A DNA stretch of 41,619 nucleotides from a virus. Lineage: Duplodnaviria; Caudoviricetes. Both the position numbers and the translations under genes were made by a program. The DNA lies in IMG/VR virus record IMGVR_UViG_3300030372_004873, positions 1 through 41,619 of that record. One strand, given 5' to 3'. The notes under the pieces are model-generated. The model had not been told where the DNA came from. It did no database searches and was given only the letters and a program-made list of their open reading frames with translations. Positions 36,328 to 41,619 of the stretch are shown here, piece by piece. Every line of letters starts with the position of its first letter. Position 1 is the first letter of the stretch.

Positions 36328-38075
36328 TAGTTTTGTTTTACACTCCCGTCTTCTAGAATATTAAAATTAAATTCTACTTTAGGAGTATCTACACTAGAAT
36401 TAACATCAATAATTAATTGATTAGTATTCTCTCTATTATAACTTCCATACCCACCTTCAATCATTCTTTCATAATATTTTGGAAAAACTAATTGAATTTG
36501 AGCTAAATCATCTGCTCTGCTTCCTAAAAGTTGTCTTCTTAATTCATTAATTTTTACTAAAACGTCTGTGGAAGAATCACCATAAATGTTAAGATCTTTT
36601 GCTGCACGTTCAATATCATCTAAGTTTAATCTTCCTGATGATTTACGTGCTCTGGCAATTGCATAAATAATGGCATTGGCTCTTACTTCATTGGCAGGAA
36701 GTTCAGTGTCAAAAAATCTAAGTTTATTATATATTTTTTGTTTTTCTTCTTCTGACTCAAATAATTCAATTCCATATTTGTCTTTTCCCCCTCTAGCGTG
36801 AGCTAATAACTCAGCTCTTCCTACAGTTCCTAATTGATCAAATGCTTTATTAGCTGTTTGTAATGCGTCTAAATCCGCTTGATCAATTACACCATTTTTT
36901 AGATCTTCTTGAATAGAAGGATCTTGAAGATAAAGTTCAATAGTACTAGATAAATTTTGAAATTTCTTTTTATTAGCTCCTGTGTATTCATCTTTATATT
37001 CATCTTCAAAAAAATTATTAAATTGATAATTATAAGAATCACTAAATATTTGTGCATATGTTTGAAATCGTTTTTGAATTCCAGCTAATAAACCAGCACG
37101 AGAAGGTTTATCAGAAAAAGATTCTCTCATTAAATCCAGTGTAATTAAAGCTCTGTCTTTTGTCTGTAAAGAACTTAACACGTCAAGATATTTAGTAACA
37201 CCACTTTTACTAGAAAAGTCATCAGGTGTTCCTGTAATAGTTGTTTTTACTTCAATAATACCTTCTGGATTTTTAATTAATTCCATTTGAGGAAGTCCAT
37301 CCGGACCTGGAACATTAGTAGGTCTATAGTATTGAGGTGCTGACAATGAGCCATCTTCTTGTATTGATTGTACAACAAACGCATCAAATGGGTCACTTAA
37401 GTTTCCCTCTACATCTTTTTGACGTACTTGTACTCTTTTAGGTTCAATTCCTTTTAATTGATAGTCACCAAACTTCGCTTGAGCGGATTTCATTTGGTCG
37501 GTATACAATTGCATTAAAGCTTTATCACTAGCAATAGCAGCATCATAATCTTTTCCAGCTATTGTAGTAAGTAAAGTACGGTTAGCATCAAAAATTCCTT
37601 TTCGTTCTAATATTTTTTGAGCATCTCTTTTAATTTTAGCATTTATTTTTCCAATTTGATTTGTTTTAGATTCTTTTATTTGTTCTTGTTTAATTTGCAT
37701 TAAGTCATTTGTTAACTGAGAACCTGCTTGACTTAAAGGACCTCCTATTTTTCCACCTAACGTTGGTTGCAATAAACCAAAACCAAATTTAGCAAGTGCT
37801 AAATTACGTTGAGATTTCCAATCACTAGGGGCGTAGGCTTTTTCAATTTGTTCGTCCGTCATTGTTGGACTAGCATATTTTTTTAAATAAGACTCTTCAT
37901 CTAATAAAAAAGGAAGAAAATACTCAGCTGCTTTAGGATTAGTTAAATCAGGTTTTTCGGGAAACATATCCCCAGGAAGCACAGTTGGAAAGCCAATTGT
38001 TTCTACATTTATATCTTCATCAAAAACATCATCGTTTCCTAATTCTATTTCATTAGATCCTGAATAATCAACCAT
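36327..38075 (-). CDS. internal virion (ejection) protein
   Basis: 582 aa; LALAKFGFGLL amphipathic segment and coiled-coil. Confidence 0.6.
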   Translation of the reverse strand: MVDYSGSNEIELGNDDVFDEDINVETIGFPTVLPGDMFPEKPDLTNPKAAEYFLPFLLDEESYLKKYASPTMTDEQIEKAYAPSDWKSQRNLALAKFGFGLLQPTLGGKIGGPLSQAGSQLTNDLMQIKQEQIKESKTNQIGKINAKIKRDAQKILERKGIFDANRTLLTTIAGKDYDAAIASDKALMQLYTDQMKSAQAKFGDYQLKGIEPKRVQVRQKDVEGNLSDPFDAFVVQSIQEDGSLSAPQYYRPTNVPGPDGLPQMELIKNPEGIIEVKTTITGTPDDFSSKSGVTKYLDVLSSLQTKDRALITLDLMRESFSDKPSRAGLLAGIQKRFQTYAQIFSDSYNYQFNNFFEDEYKDEYTGANKKKFQNLSSTIELYLQDPSIQEDLKNGVIDQADLDALQTANKAFDQLGTVGRAELLAHARGGKDKYGIELFESEEEKQKIYNKLRFFDTELPANEVRANAIIYAIARARKSSGRLNLDDIERAAKDLNIYGDSSTDVLVKINELRRQLLGSRADDLAQIQLVFPKYYERMIEGGYGSYNRENTNQLIIDVNSSVDTPKVEFNFNILEDGSVKQN

Positions 38076-38088
38076 TACTCTACTCCTT

Positions 38089-39000
38089 CTATGATCCTGG
38101 CATTACACCCGCTGGTACTTCGTTGCCTTGCATTAAACCGTAAGCACCTAAACCCATACCAATACCCCCTAAAATTGGGTTAGTATAAGGAAGTGGTTTT
38201 TGTGTAAGTGTTTGTGAAACTGAAGGAACACCTTGCATTACATCACTAAAATAACTTAATCGTTGATATGGTGACATACGATTAGCTTCCGCCATTCTAA
38301 ATTGTTCATTAAGAAGTTGTTGTTGAGTTTGTCTTCTAAAGTCTCCTAATTGAGATAAAGCTCCAATACCTGCTTGATTTAAACCAAATTGTTGTGCACC
38401 CATACCACCATACAACGGTGAAGCTTGTAGTTGTCTTCCTCGTCCTGATTCATAAGTACCTATGGCTTTTTGTTGAGCTTGTTCAAAGTTTTGTGCTAGA
38501 TCTTGAAATATACGTCGTGATTTAATATCTTGTAAATTACCAGCTAATTCAGCTTGCTGTATTCCGTATCGTGATCCTCCAAAAGTTCCACCTAGTGTAG
38601 CATCACCTGCTAATTGATTTTGAGCTTTTTGAGCCTCTACATCCATTTGTTTTAAAGCTTCGGCTGTTACATCGGCTTGATATTGATTTTGAAATTGTTG
38701 ATAATTACTTGTGCTTGGATCGTACTGTTGAGTTGCTGCATCTAAAGAAGCTAATCCTTTGGTAAAATAAGGATCAAACTGTGCTCCTGTACCTGTAGGT
38801 AAACCTGTTGTTGGGTCAACACCTAATAAAGTTCCATAACGTTGCATTGCTCCTGTTTGAAAAGGATCTAAAGCTGCAATTCCTCTTTGTGTAGTAGGAG
38901 CTCCTTGTTTTTGAGTTAAATCAAATGCTCCTTGTAATAATCGTCTTCTAAAATCTTCTAAGTAAGGAGCTTCTCGTGTAATTTGTGTGTAGTCAGCCAT
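38089..39000 (-). CDS. internal virion (ejection/DNA transfer) protein
   Basis: 303 aa Gln-rich; GTFGGSRYG motif; Gly-rich hydrophobic C-terminus. Confidence 0.65.
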   Translation of the reverse strand: MADYTQITREAPYLEDFRRRLLQGAFDLTQKQGAPTTQRGIAALDPFQTGAMQRYGTLLGVDPTTGLPTGTGAQFDPYFTKGLASLDAATQQYDPSTSNYQQFQNQYQADVTAEALKQMDVEAQKAQNQLAGDATLGGTFGGSRYGIQQAELAGNLQDIKSRRIFQDLAQNFEQAQQKAIGTYESGRGRQLQASPLYGGMGAQQFGLNQAGIGALSQLGDFRRQTQQQLLNEQFRMAEANRMSPYQRLSYFSDVMQGVPSVSQTLTQKPLPYTNPILGGIGMGLGAYGLMQGNEVPAGVMPGS

Positions 39001-39788
39001 TATGTTATTATTCCTTGTCCTTTAGATGATTCAGGATCTAAAGCATTCATTAATCCATACATTGCTTGTGGACCACCTGCATTATCAACTGCTTTAGCAG
39101 TCATTACAAATTCACCATCACTAAGCATAGCGGGAATCATATCGTCTTTTGGACCTCCTGGTCCACTTATTTGTCCGAACTGTCTTGGAAAGTATTGAGC
39201 TATACCAGGATTCTCTTCAATAGTTTCTGACATATCTTCAGCAGTCATATAATCACCTTGAGCTGCAAACTTAGGCATAATACCTTGTGTCATTAATGGT
39301 CCACTTATTTTCTCTCTTGCGTTAAAAGGATTTATTCCTGCAATACCTCCAGTATTAAAACCTGTTTTTATATTTATATCTTCAATAACTTTACCGTCAT
39401 CATCAGCTGTCCAATTTTTATAATCTCCTTGGTTATCTATATAATCATATCCACTTGCGGTAGAAGGATCATAATTTAGGTGTCTAAAACGTTCGTCAAG
39501 GTGAGGACTTCCTCCTGTTACCGAACCATATTTTTCATCAATAAGAGAACGATACTCATTTATAGCAGGATCTTCTTCTACATCTTTTTTTAATGCTCCA
39601 GATGTAATTAAACCTAGTAAAGCTGGAATACCATACTTTCCTAAAGCGCCTTTCATAGCTTCTGATCCAAAGAAGCCAGATAGAGAGCTTCCTAATCCCA
39701 GTGGACCTAGAGCCAGTGCTCCTATTCCTGCCATACCTATTGGACTTTTTGCAAAATCTCTAACTTTTCTAAATATTTTTTTAAACAT
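39000..39788 (-). CDS. virion protein with a C-terminal GPG...LSDGEFV domain
   Basis: Basic N-terminus and two hydrophobic Gly-rich helices; ISGPGGPKDDMIPAMLSDGEFVMTAKAV resembles a motif common in tape-measure C-termini. Confidence 0.7.
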   Translation of the reverse strand: MFKKIFRKVRDFAKSPIGMAGIGALALGPLGLGSSLSGFFGSEAMKGALGKYGIPALLGLITSGALKKDVEEDPAINEYRSLIDEKYGSVTGGSPHLDERFRHLNYDPSTASGYDYIDNQGDYKNWTADDDGKVIEDINIKTGFNTGGIAGINPFNAREKISGPLMTQGIMPKFAAQGDYMTAEDMSETIEENPGIAQYFPRQFGQISGPGGPKDDMIPAMLSDGEFVMTAKAVDNAGGPQAMYGLMNALDPESSKGQGIIT

Positions 39789-39850
39789 GTCTCCTTAGCA
39801 ATTCATGATATTGTCTTCTTTGAGCAAGGAGGTCGGCCTTGATATAAATA

Positions 39851-39879
39851 ACCTTATTTTATTATATATTTATAGTCAA
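39851..39879 (-). promoter_or_regulatory. sigma70-like promoter of the ejection-protein operon
   Basis: TTGACT-17-TAAGGT with no ATGGGA box; a divergent TATAAT lies at 39886-39891 on the plus strand. Confidence 0.5.
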
Positions 39880-39911
39880 ATTCTGTATAATGTGCAATGA
39901 GAAATTAAGAT

Positions 39912-40202
39912 ATGAGCGTAGATATACAGAAAGTTCCTATGGTCCGTGTAACGTGGTTAGATGCTCGTGATACAGAAACAGGTTGGTTAGATATAAAAGA
40001 AGTGATTAATGCGCCGTTAGCCGTGTGCCAAGAAGTAGGATGGATGATTACTAATACACCAGAAAAAGTAGTTATTATGCGGTCATATAGCAAAGATAAA
40101 GATGATATTAGTGGTGGTGGTGCCATTGCTATTCCTAAATGTTGGATAACAAAAACAGAATATTTGGAGGTAAGCTATGCAGAAACAAACCAGAATAAAT
40201 AG
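39912..40202 (+). CDS. conserved hypothetical phage protein
   Basis: 96 aa; VTWLDA...GW...VGW...IPKCWI pattern. Confidence 0.75.
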   Translation: MSVDIQKVPMVRVTWLDARDTETGWLDIKEVINAPLAVCQEVGWMITNTPEKVVIMRSYSKDKDDISGGGAIAIPKCWITKTEYLEVSYAETNQNK

Positions 40203-40869
40203 TTTATTTGGAGAAACTATTTATTGTACTAATATAGAAAATGACAATCAATCCCTAGCCACCCATATTGAATCTTTTGTAAAAGAAAAACCAGGAAGAA
40301 CAGCAGCAACTACAGACGTGAAAGGCAATACGCAGTTTACTGATTTAGAAGAAGCTAAAGATAATTTACATAAAGATAAGAAATATTTACCTTTATTTAT
40401 TAAATTAAAAAAATGTATTTTAGAATTTATGACGGCTAAAGGCTATAATCCTGATAAGTTTGATATTCACATAACTAAAGCATGGGCGACTTACACTGCA
40501 AAAGATCAACATATTGCTAGTCACAAACATACCGCTAGTCATTTTAGTTTTGTTTATTATGTGCGTAATAATGACATGGGCAATATACGATTTGAAAAAG
40601 AATTGGCTTCTCAAACAGGTTTATTTATTCCACCCACAGATCAATATATTGTTGATTGGAATCAATTTAATTTTTCGAGTTATATTATTCCTGTAACCAC
40701 TAATAATCTTATAGTGTTTCCGAGTGGTTTGTTACACTATACCGAGGTTAATACTCAAGAAGAAGCTCGTATCAGTATTAGTGGGGATATATTATTAACT
40801 ATGAAGAAAGGTATAAAGACAGAACACTGTATACCTCATCCAAGTGGCTGGGATACTATTTCAAATTAG
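40177..40869 (+). CDS. 2OG-Fe(II) oxygenase superfamily protein (TIGR02466-like)
   Basis: AW...HKH...SFVYYV...VFPSGLLH...RISIS. Confidence 0.85.
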   Translation: MQKQTRINSLFGETIYCTNIENDNQSLATHIESFVKEKPGRTAATTDVKGNTQFTDLEEAKDNLHKDKKYLPLFIKLKKCILEFMTAKGYNPDKFDIHITKAWATYTAKDQHIASHKHTASHFSFVYYVRNNDMGNIRFEKELASQTGLFIPPTDQYIVDWNQFNFSSYIIPVTTNNLIVFPSGLLHYTEVNTQEEARISISGDILLTMKKGIKTEHCIPHPSGWDTISN

Positions 40870-40963
40870 TTGTCAAGTAATCTTTTTGAAATTGTTTTCT
40901 TGATATATTTGATAGACATGTTTAAATTAGTTCTCACCCAAAATTACAATCAAGGAGAAAAAA

Positions 40964-41233
40964 ATGGAAAATCAGGAAATTTTAAAAGCTATTGCTTCCC
41001 TTGCTGATAAGGTGAGCAGATATCATGAACGCTTGTTAGCAACGGAAAGAGATAACAAAAGACTAGAAGAAACTTTATCAACTCATTTAAAAGGCTGTTC
41101 GTGTCATGATAAACCCAAAGAAATAGCTAAAGGTCCTGATTATCCTAGTGCAGGAAGAGCTTTAACAGAAGACGAAAGATTATTTGTTCACGAAAATATG
41201 GCTAAACATAAGGTAGCAGTTAATGGCTCCTAA
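40964..41233 (+). CDS. hypothetical coiled-coil protein
   Basis: 89 aa; SD AAGGAG. Confidence 0.75.
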   Translation: MENQEILKAIASLADKVSRYHERLLATERDNKRLEETLSTHLKGCSCHDKPKEIAKGPDYPSAGRALTEDERLFVHENMAKHKVAVNGS

Positions 41234-41303
41234 TTGTCCTACATGTGGTTGTGATGAAGATAAATGCGTCTGTGATTCTTTTTGTGAAAACTGCGGAGCT
41301 TAA
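41223..41303 (+). CDS. 26-aa Cys-rich peptide (absent from the ORF track)
   Basis: MAPNCPTCGCDEDKCVCDSFCENCGA, 7 Cys; overlaps the upstream stop. Confidence 0.55.
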   Translation: MAPNCPTCGCDEDKCVCDSFCENCGA

Positions 41304-41557
41304 TCGTCTTTAGTTTCACCAAATACATCTGGTAACTTTGTTACCTTTACTTGTATATTAGTTTCAATATCAGCAGCTGTTGTATCTGTTTCTGGATTAT
41401 CAACATCTGCTTTGGCTGCTTCTTCAGAATCATAATCAACACCAGTTTTTTTATTTTTAACTTCTCTATGCACTTCAGGTTGTAATATAGCCACTTCTTG
41501 ACCATTAACAATTTCAGTTCCAATTTCTTTTGATTCTTGTATTTTTTTAAACGTCAT
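41300..41557 (-). CDS. hypothetical protein (tail operon)
   Basis: 85 aa; NKKTGVDYDSEEAAKADV motif; ATGA coupling. Confidence 0.7.
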   Translation of the reverse strand: MTFKKIQESKEIGTEIVNGQEVAILQPEVHREVKNKKTGVDYDSEEAAKADVDNPETDTTAADIETNIQVKVTKLPDVFGETKDD

Positions 41558-41619
41558 TGTGTAATCTCCATATAATTAAGTAAAATTTTAACACCAGCAC
41601 CAGTTAATTTTATTTGATC
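41554..41619 (-). CDS. 3' end of a gene entering from the right edge (...DQIKLTGAGVKILLNYMEITQ), probably structural
   Basis: Open frame from the window edge to a TGA overlapping the next ATG. Confidence 0.55.
   Translation of the reverse strand, partial: DQIKLTGAGVKILLNYMEITQ

Noticed and set aside
4073-40026. Scattered CCGTG / CCGTGAGCC motif (e.g. near 10678, 25844, 28087)
   Set aside because: By-eye counts are only modestly above expectation and occur on both strands; a Markov-model k-mer test is needed before making any claim

Overview
AT-rich segment of a tailed dsDNA phage genome (Caudoviricetes, podovirus-like). Gene content and order resemble marine SAR11/alphaproteobacterial phages of the HTVC023P type; this is recognition from memory, not a database hit. 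Almost all genes are on the minus strand and both window ends fall inside genes. From left to right: (1) head module with capsid-associated proteins, major capsid protein, scaffold, GroES-like co-chaperonin, lysozyme, small basic proteins, holin-like protein, portal, two large unknown proteins and the large terminase; (2) a 3.8-kb interval between terL and terS with strong sigma70-type promoters, terminators, small genes, structured leader RNAs and a degenerate ~85-bp CAATGG repeat array; (3) terS and an iteron-like cluster; (4) small regulatory and zinc-finger genes and a manA-like structured RNA; (5) replication module with PolA, UvrD-like helicase, C5 methyltransferase, primase, SSB-like protein and SNF2 helicase; (6) probable ejection/internal virion proteins and a 2OG-Fe(II) oxygenase. 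Best leads: a dual-frame C5 methyltransferase whose nested second subunit carries four tandem modules; a shared Gly-Gly peptide tag on eight virion-module proteins plus a stand-alone GPG...GEFV domain; the periodic array near the probable packaging region; and three promoter-driven structured RNAs under a common ATGGGA box. No tRNA, CRISPR array or integrase was seen.
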